A DNA stretch of 44,076 nt from Octopus sinensis (GCF_006345805.1 NW_021834742.1:1-44076), one strand, 5' to 3'; shown: positions 1 through 13,178, counted from the stretch's first letter. Made by a program: numbers and translations. The notes: generated by a model not told the origin, from the letters alone.

Positions 1-56
1 TTGAAATATAGATGCTACTGGTTTTCTTTTTTGTTTTGTTCTTTTGCCGGTTGAGC

Positions 57-150
57 GGACTGGAGCAATGTGAAATAGCGTGTCTTGTTCAAGGGCATAA
101 CACTCCGCCGAGAATCGAACTTACGACCTATATACTCTAACCATGTGCCT
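57..150 (-). mobile_element. Fragment of tRNA-headed SINE (same family as 31408-31649)
   Basis: Minus strand has a B-box-like ggtcgtaagttcgattc followed by tgttatgcccttgaacaagacac, resembling the head of the 31408-31649 copy; degraded and partial. Confidence 0.55.
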
Positions 151-169
151 TTGCGCCTTCGCAAAACGA

Positions 170-529
170 CAGCAGTGACAACAACAACAACAACACGCAG
201 TAGTGTTGACATGAATGGTAAGAACAATGGTAAGAACAACAGTAGCAACAGTAGCAACAGCAACGGCAGCAGCAGCAGCAGCAACTACAACAACAACAAC
301 AACAACAACAGCAAACAACGTTGATATGAACAACGCTGGCAATAACAATCACAAGAATAAGAATAACAATAACAACAATATCAACGAGAACAAAACAACA
401 ACTTTGATATGAAGATGATGTTCATCAGTATCATCCCCACCACCACCACCACCACCACCACAACCATTATCATCATCATCATCATCAACGTCATCATCAT
501 CATCATCATCGTCATCATCATCATCATCG

Positions 530-568
<39 letters not shown>

Positions 569-900
569 ACAACAACAATAACAATAGCAGAACAACTTTG
601 GTATGAACAACAATAATGGTAGCGGCAGCAACATTGATAACAATGAAAAAACTAAAAAAACGATGACACTGTGACAACAACAACAACAACAACAGCAACA
701 ACAACAATACTGACTCTAAATAGCAAGAAAAGGAAGAAAAAGAGAAGAATAACGGCAGTGAGGATAATGGCAACAACAACAACAACAACAACAATAACAA
801 TAACAAATGTGACAGCAACTGTCAGTGAAACAACAACAACAACAACATCAACAACAATTGTAGCAAAAGCAATAACAAGAACAACATCATGCTACTGACA
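170..900. repeat. Compound trinucleotide microsatellite (AAC/AGC/ATC/AAT)
   Basis: Runs of aac, agc, cat and aat; the source of the poly-T/I/N/L ORFs. Confidence 0.95.
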
Positions 901-1114
901 AAAAAAATTATAAAAAAATCCTCTGATATTTTGACATTCAAGATCCAAATATTTCCAAAGTAAGCAAACAACACACACAGGCTCACGTACACATATGCAT
1001 GCACGCATACACACACACATGCTCATACACGCGTGCACACGCAGAGATACACACGCACGCATGCACACGCGCGCGCGCACTCACACACATATTTTCCCTT
1101 TGAATGATGTCAGT

Positions 1115-2157
1115 TTTCAAAACCTTGTCAGCCACAACTGAAATAGTGATGCTGCCTTCCTTCCATAACTAAACACTCCATTGAAAGCACCTCCCTCCTT
1201 CCATAATACACTATTGATATCTTTGTCTCCTTCCATAGCTAAAAGTCCTATTGATGTCACCGTCTTAAATAAATAAACACTGTTTACACTAGTCACTATT
1301 TCCATCATAAAATGCGCCAATGCTACTGTTGCGATCACTCTTTCCTTCAATACTTAACTACGCTATTCATATCTATTCCATCTTCCATAAACTGAACATT
1401 CTATTGACATCATTCTCTCCTTCCGTACCTGGACTTCGAATTTCTACCACTCTCTCCTTCCATAGTTCAACAACTTAACGACACCACTTTCATCTTCCAT
1501 AAGAAGCAATTCATTGATATCTTTCTCTCTTCCATAAACACCCTATTGAAACTTTTCTCTTTACACTGACATCAATCACTGCTTCCATAACAAAATATCC
1601 TATTGATAGTACTTTGTCTTTCCATAATTAAGTAACTTTTTGGTACTTCTCTTCTTCCATAAACGAACATCATATTTATGTTGTTCCATAAACTGGTATG
1701 TTCTTCCCATTCCGCCTCTTCCATCAACTGGTGTGATGCTGGTATGATGTTCCATAAACGAAGATTAAACCAGCATTTCCTTTCATATTTAAATACCCTG
1801 TTGATACTACGTTCTCCTCCCATAGTTAAACACCCTGTTGATACTTCTTTCCTTCCATAAGCAAACATCCTATTGCTGCCCTTTCTATGCATAGCTAAGC
1901 ATTATATAGATGTCATCTCTCCAACTATAATTAAACGCCCTATTGATATTCCCTATTTAAAGAACTTTTTGATGTCACTCACCCTTCCACAGTGAAACAC
2001 CCTGTTGATAGTTCTCTCCTTCCGTAACTGTTGACATCACCCTTTCTTTCCATAGTTAAAAACTATATTGATGTCACTCTTCTTCCATAATCAAACACCC
2101 TATTGATACCCATCTCTCCTTTCATAATTAAACATTCTTCTTATATCCTTCTCTCCT
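1115..2157. repeat. Degenerate ~35-bp minisatellite, roughly 29 units
   Basis: Recurring AAACACCCTATTGAT...CTCTCCTTCCATAATT; ttcc(a/g)(t/c)a-type anchors at 1985, 2020, 2048, 2083 and 2120 (periods 35, 28, 35, 37). Confidence 0.85.
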
Positions 2158-2298
2158 TCTACCAAATCCACTCACAAGGCTTTGGTCGGCTCGATGTTAT
2201 AGTAGAAGACAGTTGCCCAAGGTGCCACGCAGTGGGACTGAACCCGGAACCATGTGGCTGGTAAGCAAGCTACTTACCACACAGCCACTCCTACGCCT
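2158..2298 (-). mobile_element. CORE-type tRNA SINE (family A), 5' part
   Basis: Minus strand ggcgtaggagtggctgtgtggtaagtagc (A box), ggttccgggttcagtccc (B box), accttgggcaa (CORE-like); matches the 37826 copy. Confidence 0.9.
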
Positions 2299-2370
2299 AT
2301 TGGGAAATTTTTATGCAATCAATTTTCTTGTAAATTACAATTGTTTTATTGCTGACACATTTATGTAAAT

Positions 2371-2640
2371 CCGCCGTTCATCCTTTCGGAGATCGATAAT
2401 ATAAAACACCAGTGCCCTACAAGCTACGTTTTAATCGACTAACCGTCTGTGTCCAAATTCTGGTCTTGTGTGTTTATATTAAAAAGAACAGAAATAATAA
2501 CAGTAACAATAATAATCTTTTCTACTATGGGCACGCGGCTTGAAATTTTGTGGGGAGGGACTCGTCGATTACGTTGAACCCAGAACTCAAAAGGTACTTA
2601 TTTTATCGACCATGAAAAGACGAGAGCCAAAGCCGACAAT
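2371..2640. mobile_element. Two degraded Meta-type SINE 3' fragments, tail-to-tail
   Basis: ttcatcctttcggagatcgataa (+) and ggtacttattttatcgacc (-) match the family B central domain. Confidence 0.6.
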
Positions 2641-2799
2641 TTTTATAATTGCTATTGTGGTTACCAATATCTTCGTACCTTCACAGCTGAACTAGATTCC
2701 ACTCTGTGGGAGATCGAACCAAAGACATCGTGATTGCAAAATGACCCTCGTAGCCTTTCAGCCATGCAACATTCACATGCAATAATGCACAAGTTAGCA

Positions 2800-3162
2800 C
2801 AGAAACACACACACACACACTCACACACACACACACATACACGCCCGTACACACATATACACATACACAACCACACACACACGCACAAACACACTCACAC
2901 ACACACATACACAAACACAGTTATATAATTATATACATGTATACATACGCACACGCGAACATCCATCCATCCATCCATATATACATACATATATATTATA
3001 TATATAGAGGCCTACATACTACATGTCTATGTGCACATGAGCTTACATTAATGCATACATTGCACACAGACATATGTATACACATACTTAATACATTATG
3101 TATTCTCATACACACACATATAAGCACATATACACATAAATACATGCATACATAAATATACT

Positions 3163-3204
<42 letters not shown>

Positions 3205-3221
3205 ATATATATATAATATAT

Positions 3222-3268
<47 letters not shown>

Positions 3269-3799
3269 GTATAGATATATGTGTGCGTGTGTGTGTATAT
3301 GAATATGAATATATATTTATATACACACATACAAATACACGCATACGTGTGCACATACATGCACACACACACACGTTTATATACACAGTCAAGAAGGAGC
3401 AATAGATCTACCCAATTCCTCTCAACTCACCAATAACTACAATAAGGGTCACCGGCCATTGGAGTACGTCAGAATCAGTGAAGTGTGACCATCCCAGCCA
3501 TTTAGCAGAGCCACCAACTGTGACCAGATGGCGTTGTATTTCAGTTGCACATGACCGACTACTATTGTGTTGATATATATATGTATATACATACATACAT
3601 ACACACACAATATATATATGTGTGTAAATGCATATATATAACAGATATATAAATATACACACATACACATATATACATTATATATTTACATACACACACA
3701 CATATATATATGTATGTAAATACACACATATATATATATGCATATACATATATATCTATATGTATATGCATATATGTACATATATATGGGTATATACAT

Positions 3800-3830
<31 letters not shown>

Positions 3831-3950
3831 CATATATATATATGTATATATATATACATATATATATATGCATATATGTATATATATATGTGTGTGTGTG
3901 TGTGCGTGTATATATATGTGTGTTAATAGATGTATGTATGTATGTATGCT
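2800..3950. repeat. CA/TA/TATG microsatellite mosaic
   Basis: Long (CA)n and (TA)n tracts with a ~170-bp non-repetitive island at 3400-3570. Confidence 0.9.
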
Positions 3951-4026
3951 TATTTGTCTGCTCATCTTTCAATCTCTCTCAGTTCCTCTTTCTCTCTATC
4001 TATCTATCCATCCATCCATCCATCCA

Positions 4027-4722
4027 TGCGTCCATACGGGAAGGAAGAGCTATTTTCATCATCCTTGTGGCTATGGCGAAAGAATGTATCTGGTGGACGC
4101 GTCTGAAAGGATTGGAGACAAACACTTTCCTCTCTGGTCAATCTCTCATCAACTTCTTCAAGTACCACTTGAAAAGGAAAGTGAGAGTAGAGAGGCAAGT
4201 TTTGTCTAGCGAATGTTTTAAAAAAAGATGGGTGAATGTAGCAAGGATGGCACGTATGAATGACGAAGCCACCTTGAGCATAATCCTATGAACCCAGAAA
4301 TTGAAAACAGAGGGTTACCCACTTGCAAACAAATGTGGTAATATATAACAATATTGACCGCGGTTACCGTGGTCTTTTTCGTAGGCTTTTCTTCCCACGG
4401 ATAAACCTTATCTGCTTTCCCCTTTACACCATACATCATGACACTGTGATACACGATCCCTATTGATCGGTTTTTCCTCTTCCCCTTTTTTCCTCTCTTT
4501 TCTTCTTTTTTCATTTTTCTTTTCTTTTGTTCCTTTTCCTTTTTTTCATTTTTTTTGTTCTTTTCTTCCCTTTTACGATCCCTTTTGATCGAAAACCTAC
4601 GCCACATTTTTTTGCTTCTTTTGTATTTTGCTTTTTGTTTTTTCACCTTCCCCCCCAAAAGAAAAGCTCTACCTTGTAATTTGTCCCATCTGTGTGCAGC
4701 CCTGTGTGGCCAATAAAGAAAC
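4027..4722 (+). mobile_element. 3' end of Tx1/L1-like LINE (ORF2 C-terminus plus 3' UTR)
   Basis: Frame ...REGRAIFIILVAMAKECIWWTRLKGLETNTFLSGQSLINFFKYHLKRKVRVERQVLSSECFKKRWVNVAR...* (stop at 4289-4291) resembles the L1/Tx1 ORF2 C-terminal amphipathic/W-rich tail. Followed by a T-rich UTR ending aataaagaaa plus a tcta repeat. The 3' end recurs at 33137-33255. Confidence 0.65.
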
Positions 4723-4949
4723 TGATCTATCTATGCATGTTTGTATGTGCGTGTGTGTTATGATCAACGTTATAATAAATAATAGAAATGTATAGTCCTG
4801 TTGCATTTTTCACATTTTCACTTTGAGGGTACGTTTTCAATAAAAGCAGCATTTAGCTTTACATTCTATTCCTTTTCTTTCTTTGCACATTACTTTATAA
4901 CATAATTTGTATCAATTTTACCCTTTTCAATTGACCTTAGATCAGAACC

Positions 4950-5450
4950 GCATCAGACTGGATGAATTCAAAAGGGTCGCTTCAGCAATAGAAGCGGCAG
5001 GAAATAGTTCTGTCAATGATGGTATGGCCAGTTTTGCCTGAAATCTCTATAAGCCTTCAGAGGCTTAGGGCTGTTTTCTTTGGCTGTGTGTGGGAAGTGG
5101 AGTGTGTGAGAAGTCTAAGGGATGATTTCAGCCTCCTATTTAGCGCTTTCTAATGGGTCAAAGGTGAAACAAATACATCATCAGCAACATAGTCAGCTGA
5201 CTTGAATACCATAGGACCCTGAACATGGAGGTGTTGTACAGAAGAGAGATATCTGATAAGGCAGGATGGTCTGGACTATTGCATAGGTACAGAGACGATA
5301 ATGGTTTGGAACTGAGGAAGAGGTGAAAGAGGTTTGGGGTTTCTATGTTGTAGGGAAGGAGTATGCTTTTGTGATGAGGTAACTAGTTGAAGGGAGTTGA
5401 GGAGTGCCAAGGATTCGAGTATTGCACAGGAGTCAATAGTATGAAATTAG
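4950..5450 (-). mobile_element. Possible highly decayed Penelope-like (GIY-YIG) relic
   Basis: Minus-strand frame gives ...LIEISGKTGHTIIDR..., reminiscent of YIGxTGRxLxDR; multiple stops; weak. Confidence 0.3.
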
Positions 5451-5711
5451 TGAGGGAACCACGAAGAGTTGTGAGTAGCTAACTACGAAGAGTTATGACT
5501 GAGGAGAGGAATAAGCAATATAGAATCACTCAATATAGGAATAAGATATGCCAATGAGTTGTTGATGGTAATTGGAAGGTGTGATTGTTTGATATCCGTG
5601 TGTGAGTGGTGAATCATAGAGAGAGAGGGGGAGGAGAGAGAGTGAGATAAAGGGAGAGATAGTGAGAGAGAGCGTGTGAGAGTGAGAGAGAGAAAGCGAG
5701 AAAGAAAAAGG

Positions 5712-5766
5712 GAGAGTGAGTGAGAGGAGTAACAGAGTGTTATATAGTGAGCGAATGAAATAGTGA

Positions 5767-5818
<52 letters not shown>

Positions 5819-5990
5819 GAAAGAAAGGGAGGGAGGGAGAGAAAGAGAAAGAACAAGCGAGAGAGAGAAAGAGAGAGTGTTTGAGAGTGAGTGAGAGGGG
5901 TAACATAGAGTGTTATATAGTGAGCGAATGAAATAGTGAGAGGTTGTGTGTGAAAGAGAAAGAAAGTGAGGGAGGGAGAGAAAGAAAGAA
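5712..5990. repeat. 171-bp local tandem duplication
   Basis: gagagtgagtgagagg(a/g)gtaaca...tgttatatagtgagcgaatgaaatagtga at 5712 and 5883. Confidence 0.85.
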
Positions 5991-5996
5991 AGAGAA

Positions 5997-6032
<36 letters not shown>

Positions 6033-6539
6033 GAATGTGGTTCTGTCTAGGCACTACTTAACAGAAAAGTTTTAAGTAAAAAGTCTGTTGTTTGGAGAAG
6101 AGAGATGGCGGGTAGATTAGGAGTGAAAAATAATTATTTCGGAAAGGAAAAGGATGTGAGGTTTGTTTGTTAGTAAGGGGTGTTGCTTTAATTTGCGCGT
6201 AGGTGTGTGTGTGAGAGGGTGGGGTCTAAGCTAGATCGGAGTCCATAGATGTTAGAGAAAAGAGAGGGGAAATTTATCTATTGATTCGGTGTTAGATTTA
6301 GACATTTAGGGAAGAGTAGGGAATGTGTGCCAGGGAGACGTCGGGTCATGATAACCCCTGTTTGTTTGCTCCTAGGCGGACACTGCGAAGGACACTAACC
6401 ATGAACCAGGTGGTGCTGTTAAACAGGGAAGCTACCCCCATAAAAAAAGGGAAAAGGGACGATGGAAGTGATTTTCGCTAATATTTGCATGTGTATCAAA
6501 TACAAGCGTATATTTATGTACAATAAGCATGTATAGTAC

Positions 6540-7117
6540 TGTATGTATGTATACAGACACACATACACACATAGTGAAGTATGTGTATACACGCGTGTTT
6601 ATTTGTGGTTCCATATGAATAATTGTGTGTATGCAAATGTGTGTGCAAGTGTATATACAAATGTATGTGTGTGTGAAGAGAGAGAAAGAGAGAGAAAGAG
6701 AGAAAATGATAAGATGATAAATAGATAAACTGATAGATAAATGTACGTGGGTATGGATATGTATGTGTATCTGTGTAAAAGTATGTGAGTGTGTGAGTGT
6801 ATGTGTGTGCGTGTGTGCATGTGTGTGCATGTATGTGCGTGCGCGCATATTTGTCTGTCTGTGTGTCTGTATGTATATGTGTATGAATGAGTGTATATGT
6901 GTTCTACACATATGCACATTCAAGTATGTATGCGTGTGTGTGTGTGTGTGTGTATTCACATGTATGTTTGTGTATATATTCACACGTATATATATTTATG
7001 TGTGTGTATGTTCATAAGAATGTGTGTTCACACGTACGTGTGAGTGTGTATGTGTTTGTTCACGGGTGCGCGTGTGTGTACGTGTGTGTGCGTGTGTGTG
7101 TATGTATGTATGTATGT

Positions 7118-7187
<70 letters not shown>

Positions 7188-7200
7188 GTGTTTGTATGCC
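6540..7200. repeat. GT/TATG microsatellite mosaic
   Basis: Long (GT)n and (TATG)n tracts. Confidence 0.9.
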
Positions 7201-7739
7201 AAGGTGATGCGGCTATAAAATGCGATAGAAATTGGGGTTCAATCATCACAGCTGACATTTTTTATGAGGTAACATTCAATTAACCCGTGTCACGTGATGT
7301 ATGAGATGGGTAGGGCGCAGGGAGGGTGCAGGGGAAGGCGGTGGTGGTGGTGGCGGTGACGGTGGTGGTGGTGGTGGCGATGGCGGCGGTGGAGGTGGTG
7401 AAAGTGTTTATGGGAATGGAGGGGATAAATTGGCTGATAGTGAGAAACAGATTTAGAGAGCCAAAGAAAGTGAGAGAGAGAGAGAAAGAGAGAGAGAGAA
7501 AGAAAGAAAGAAAGAGGGAGAGAGAGGGTGATGAGTCTGAGGTGAGGAAAGTTTGTATGTGCAGTGAGTGTGTATGTGGAGGGGGGGGGGTGATTGTATT
7601 CAATGGTGAAAGGTGGTGTTGCTGGTTTTTGAGACAATAGAGTGAAATTGACTGATTTTATGGTTCGTATGTTAGTGTTAGTGTCTACACGTGAGTGTGT
7701 GTGAGAGATAGATAAAGAGATGGATAGATAGATAGATAG

Positions 7740-7800
<61 letters not shown>

Positions 7801-8059
7801 GTGAAAAAGAGTAGGGGTGAAAAACAGCCATACACACACCCATACTCACAGTACACACCCAGAACACATATATTTTCTTGATCTTTTATTAGTTCTTGCT
7901 TGACATCTGTGGCCATGCTAGAGCACCAGCGATATACATATATACATATGTGTATATACATATATATATATATATAATATATATATATATATAATATATA
8001 TATACATAAAAACAATTTTGCATTAAAATGAAGGGTTACTCAATATATTTGTTATTCTT

Positions 8060-8215
8060 TTCCGCCGAGGTCGACTTTGCCTTTCATCCTTTCGGGGTCG
8101 ATAAATTAAGTACCAGTTACGCACTGGGGTCGATGTAATCGACTTAATCCGTTTGTCTGTACTTATCTGTCCCCTCTGTGTTTAGCCCCTTGTGGGTAGT
8201 AAAAAAAAAAAATAT
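8060..8215 (+). mobile_element. Meta-type SINE (family B), 5'-truncated, tail type 1
   Basis: ccgccgaggtcgactttgcctttcatcctttcggggtcgataaattaagtacc...gtcccctctgtgtttagccccttgtgggtagtaaa. Confidence 0.85.
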
Positions 8216-8289
8216 ATATTCTTTTACAAGAATAGTGTTGACGGTGAGTTCGAAGTTTCGGCCTTCCCGACCTTCATCGGACTTATACA

Positions 8290-8343
<54 letters not shown>

Positions 8344-8366
8344 TGTGCGTGTGTATGTGTAACATT

Positions 8367-8588
8367 AATATTGGTTTCAAATTTTTGCACAAGGCCAGCA
8401 ATTTCGGGTGTTGGGAGGGAAGTCGATTACATCGACCCCAGTAAATGACTAGTACTTATTTTATCAACCTCGAGAGGACCAAGGGTAAAGTCGACACCGG
8501 CGAGATGTGAACTCGGAAAGTAAAGACGGACGAAATGCCGCGCAGTATTTCATCCGGCGTGCTAACGATTCTGCTAGTTCTCCATCTT
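8367..8588 (-). mobile_element. Meta-type SINE (family B), diverged full length, tail type 2
   Basis: Minus strand gaactagcagaatcgttagcacgccgg head; tail ccgaaattgctggccttgtgcaaaaatttgaaaccaatatt. Confidence 0.8.
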
Positions 8589-8597
8589 GTATGCAAC

Positions 8598-8697
8598 ATT
8601 AATATTCTTTTCTACTCTTGGCACAAGACCCGAAATTTGGGAGGAGGTGGCCAGTCGATTATATCGACTCCAGTACGGAACTGGTACTTAATTTATT
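8598..8697 (-). mobile_element. Meta-type SINE 3' fragment, tail type 3
   Basis: Minus strand ataaattaagtaccag...gtcgatataatcgact...cccaaatttcgggtcttgtgccaagagtagaaaagaatatt. Confidence 0.7.
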
Positions 8698-8700
8698 GAG

Positions 8701-8931
8701 GGCGGCGAGCTGGCAGAATCGTTAGCACGCCGGGCGAAATGCTTAGCAGTATTTCGTCTGCCGCTACGTTCTGAGTTCAAATTCCGCCGAGGTCGACTTT
8801 GCCTTTCATCCTTTCGGGGTCGATTAAAGAAGTACCAGTCACGCACTGGGGTCGATATAATCGACTTAATCCGTTTGTCTGTTCTTGTTTGTCCTCTCTG
8901 TGTTTAGCCCCTTGTGGGTAGTAAAGAAATA
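8701..8931 (+). mobile_element. Meta-type tRNA SINE (family B), full length, tail type 1
   Basis: ggcggcgagctggcagaatcgttagc (A box), gagttcaaattcc (B box), central ggtcgactttgcctttcatcctttcggggtcgattaaagaagtacc, tail ...gtagtaaagaaata. Confidence 0.9.
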
Positions 8932-9197
8932 GATTATAATTTATTCTGCAGCTTCAAAAATCATTTGGGCGGAAAAAATATGAATTCTGTATACGAGGCG
9001 AGAACAGTAGCGGAGGAGTATTTTTCGTCACGGACAAGTGAATTTTGGAAGAGGTGTCTTGCAAATCTAACAGATAAATGGAAGAGCATTGCAGAAAATG
9101 AAGGAGAGTATATTTTAAATTAAAAAGAACTTTGTTTATCTTAATTTTGAAAAATAAAAGAAGTATAGAAAACCGCATTATTTATGGAGTGACTCAA
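8932..9197 (+). mobile_element. Mariner transposon 3' relic (transposase C-terminus plus right TIR)
   Basis: DYNLFCSFKNHLGGKNMNSVYEARTVAEEYFSSRTSEFWKRCLANLTDKWKSIAENEGEYILN* matches the mariner segment starting at the third catalytic D (PSDYxLF). TIR aaaaccgcattatttatggagtgactcaa at 9169-9197 is followed by TA. Confidence 0.85.
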
Positions 9198-10059
9198 TAT
9201 ATACATATCAATAATAATAAAGGGTAAAATTAATTAATCAATTAATTAATTAATTAATAATTAATAATTTTACCAAGTTGCTCGGTATGTTAAAAGAACC
9301 ATTATCGGTAAACAAACAAAAATTTTTTTATAATTATGAGTATAATTATAAATAGAGAGAGGGAGAGAGAGGGTGGGGAGAGAGATTGATAGATTGATAT
9401 AAATATGTTTGCGTATACACACACATACACACACACATATATGTATATATATATATGTTCATGTGTGTGTGTGCATGGTCTGCGTGGAGCATGTGTGTAT
9501 ACGTACATGCTTATGTGTGCATGCGTGTGTGTATGGACTATGTAGAGGTGAGGGAAATATAAAATGCATATATTTCAACTTTGAATTACGATTGTCAAAC
9601 ATGGAGAACATACGGAGAGAATAAGGAAGGAGTAGGTACGAGGAAGAGGGGCAGAAGGACTAAAGGATGAGAGAAAGAAGTAAAAGAGGAAATGATCGAA
9701 AGGCGATGTCTGAAGAATATGACAACAAAAGCCAAAGGGGAAGTTTATACACGGACACCAAACTTGCTAGAAACAGCAGCCAAACTGTTTTAAATCAACC
9801 TCTAGTGTCTAAGAAGAAAGGGAGAGCTCTTTCCATAATTTACTCCATTTCTTCCTTGTGGCATCAGATTGTGTGGCAATTCTGGGATCTTTCTAGAAAA
9901 GTACTATGTCCTTGACTAGGAATGGTTTCCCGTAGCCTTCGTGCCTTAAATCTTTAAATCCTTAAAAGTGTTTCAGCCCGAAGGCCGCGGCCATGCTGGG
10001 GTACCATGACACCATATTGTTGCTTGATGTTAATTGCAAGACATACACGCAGTGGGGGA

Positions 10060-10410
10060 GAGAGAGAGAGAGAAAGAGAGAGAGAGATAGAAAGAATGAG
10101 AGAAAGAGTGAGAGAGAATGAGAGAAAGAGTGAGAGAGAAAAACAGTGAGAGAGAATGAGAGAGAATGAGAGAGAAAGAGAGAGAGAGAGAGAATAAGAG
10201 AAAGAGTGAGAGACTCTCAGAGCGAAAGAGAGAATGAGGGAGAAAGAGTGAGAGAGAATGAGAGAAAGAGTGAGAGAGACACAGAGAGAAAGAGTGAGAG
10301 AGAATGAGAGAAAGAGTGAGAGAGACACAGAGAGAAAGAGAGAATGAGAGAGAAAGAGTGAGAGAGAATGAGAGAAAGAGTGAGAGAGAGAGAGTGAGAG
10401 AGAGAATTAA
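10060..10410. repeat. ~22-bp GA-rich minisatellite
   Basis: Repeated gagagaaagagtgagagagaat. Confidence 0.85.
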
Positions 10411-11064
10411 TTATCTAGGTAACTGACTAAATGAATAAGGATTGAACTTATTCGAAAGGACGAAATGCTAAGTTAACCACGACGAGATTCGAACTCGTTG
10501 CGTAGAGAGTTGGAATGAATTCGCAAGACATTCCGATTCGAAGTTATAAAACGACTGTCCCGTTTCACTGTATTTCATTTAGTCCAAGATAACCCTTACA
10601 AATAGGAGATGGTCATTGATGGAACGGGTTTTGTCGGAGATCTGACAATAAACAACAGAATGCAAGGAAAGACAAAGACAGCAGATGATGAGAGGAGAAA
10701 GAGAGGGGGGGAAGATAAAGGAGACAGGAGGAGAGAGAAAGGGAGAGGAGATGAGAGATGAAGACAGAAGCAGATGATGAGAGAGAGAAAGAGAGAGAGA
10801 AGGTAAAGAGAGATAGGAGGAAGAAGAAGAGAAGAAGGAAGACACGGGCAGAAGCAGATAATGAGAGGGTTGAGGGAGTTAAGAGTGGGTCGGAGGGGGA
10901 GAAGATGGAAGACAGTAATAAAAAAAATGTCAATAAAAGGGAATAAAGAGATGGAAATAAAGAAATATAATAAAAAAAAAAAACAGGGAGAAAAAACGTA
11001 GAAAAATATACACTAAAAGAGAGAAAAGAAAAATGCGTCGTGCCGGAAGGAGAAAGAAGAGGAA

Positions 11065-11067
<3 letters not shown>

Positions 11068-11135
<68 letters not shown>
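11068..11135. repeat. (AAT)n microsatellite
   Basis: Pure aat run. Confidence 0.95.
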
Positions 11136-11139
<4 letters not shown>

Positions 11140-12782
11140 GGGAAAAACGAAGTTGATGATGATAAGAAAGGAGGAGGATGTGTGGTGGGGGAGGCGGAGG
11201 AGGAGGCGGCGGAGGGGGAGGAGAAGAAGAAGAAGAAGAAGAAGAAGAGAATGAGTATAATGATATTCAGCTTGAGTGAAGGATAGTGAATTTGGTGTAT
11301 ATGTATGTATGTATGTATGTATGTATGCATGAATGTATGTATGTATGTATGTATGTATATTATGTATGTGTGTGTGTACGTACGTGCGTACGTATGTATG
11401 TATGTATGTATGTAAGTGTCTGTGTGTAAGCATACGTAAAAATATACATTTATTCATGCGTTTTATGTATGTAGCATGTATTTGGCATGCATGTATAACT
11501 GAAAGTATCTATATATATATATACAGCTATATATACATACATACACACCTACCTACATACCCTCATACTTGCATACACGTATGCGCACGTACAGTCACAC
11601 ATGTATATAGCTATGCCTCTGCATGTATGTGTATATATATTCATGAATGGCTAATATAGATGTATAAATATAAGTATATATGTATGAACGTGCCCACGTG
11701 TGTGCACGTGCGTCTATGTGCACATACATATTTCATGTGTTTGTGTGTGTATATCTATATGTATGCGTATGCCTGTGTATACATGTGTGTATGCCTGCGC
11801 ACGTGTCTGTACATGTATGCATGTAATACGAATGTAATGATCTGAAGGCGTTTTACAGGCTGAGTTGATTGAAGAGACAAAATATCAAGCGAGAAATTAA
11901 TATAACTATAAATGTTTATTTAATTCGCCATATAATCGCCATAACTGTAAGTGATCAACGGAGACGGAGAACGAAAGAAGAAAGAAAAGAACGAATGAAA
12001 GAAAAGAAAGGGGGGGGGACACAATGAAATAAAATTAAATGCAAAACAACAATAACAATAGCAAGAATAGAAATGAACAAAAAAAACAAATACAAAGCGA
12101 AACAAAACAAAACAAAACAATGATAAAATTAAAAGCAAAGAAAACAAAATGGTGACTGGTCCAATTTTTCTTCTCTTTTGCAAGATCAAAGTTAAAGGCG
12201 TGGCGAGGGAAGAAAAATAATGGCAGTAAAGGGAGATAATTAATGAGGAAGTTCCGCAATTCATTGATTATGTATGTGTTTGTATGCATATATATACATA
12301 CATACATATATATATATCTATATATATATATATATATTATATATATATATATATATACACATATATAAGTATGATCATATATATATATATATATATATAT
12401 TGTGCATGTGTTTGTAGATTATTATATTTTGTTCCATTTTTGTTGCTTTGTGTGAAATCGAGTATTTATTTATTAGTTTATGTTTATATTTATTTTTGAT
12501 ATTCATTTGTCGGTTAGTTATGTGTTTATTTATTCAATATATTTGATTTGATTTGATTTATTTATTTAAACAAACAAACCAGCGATTAATGCGCCATCTT
12601 TGTTGACAATCATATTCGTTTTTTTTCTTCTTTTCTTTCCTTATTTTTATACAATATATTTTTGGGACTCACACATGTATATTTATATCCATGTGTGTGT
12701 GTGTGTGTGTGTGTGTGAACGTATACAGTGTATAGATTCAGCTTTCAATAAAATTGAATGCTTCTCAATATTTTATATACAA

Positions 12783-13178
12783 CTAGCAGTATCGCCCGGC
12801 GTTGCTCGGGTTTGTAAGGGAAATAACTATATAAGCATTTTTAGAGATGTAAAGTATAATAGCCATCTCAATATGGCTAACCACAAAGATGGGGGTGTTA
12901 CTGTAGCTTTTTACGTTCTGAGATTTAATAATAAATTTTTAGAGAGTTACTTCCCTTATATATGTCAAAAATGCATTAAAAATGGGAAAAATTGATGGTA
13001 ATTTTTTTTTAAATCGTAGACTCATCGTAGACGCGCGCCAATACCCAGAAGGGTTCGATATGTATCACGACTATAAGATACCCGGTTTTGGTTAAACTGC
13101 ACCGCAAAATGTGGGAGTAGTTAGGAATCTAAATCGTAGGAGACAGACAGCACACGACCTCACTTTTATATATAAAGA
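12783..13178 (-). mobile_element. Non-autonomous Helitron (396 bp)
   Basis: Minus strand begins TC (tctttatatataaaagtg), ends with a GC hairpin cccgagcaacgccggg (12795-12810) then CTAG; sits between A and T with no TSD. Confidence 0.85.

Noticed and set aside
1115-2157. 35-bp repeat as a CRISPR array or as a reflectin-like YGR-repeat protein
   Set aside because: There are no invariant repeats with unique spacers, no cas genes, and the context is eukaryotic. Unit lengths are not multiples of 3 and the MD-rich reflectin motif is absent.
5165-5200. SADYVADDVFVS (minus strand) as an RT YADD motif
   Set aside because: No upstream QG.LSP or other RT motifs in any nearby frame.
8701-8780. SINE heads as tRNA genes (also 31570-31649 and 37826-37900)
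   Set aside because: A and B boxes are present, but there is no closed acceptor stem or cloverleaf, and each runs into a shared SINE body.
9223-9274. AT-rich palindrome ggtaaaatta...taattttacc
   Set aside because: Largely a (TTAA)n-type run that is self-complementary by composition; probably a repeat terminus fragment.
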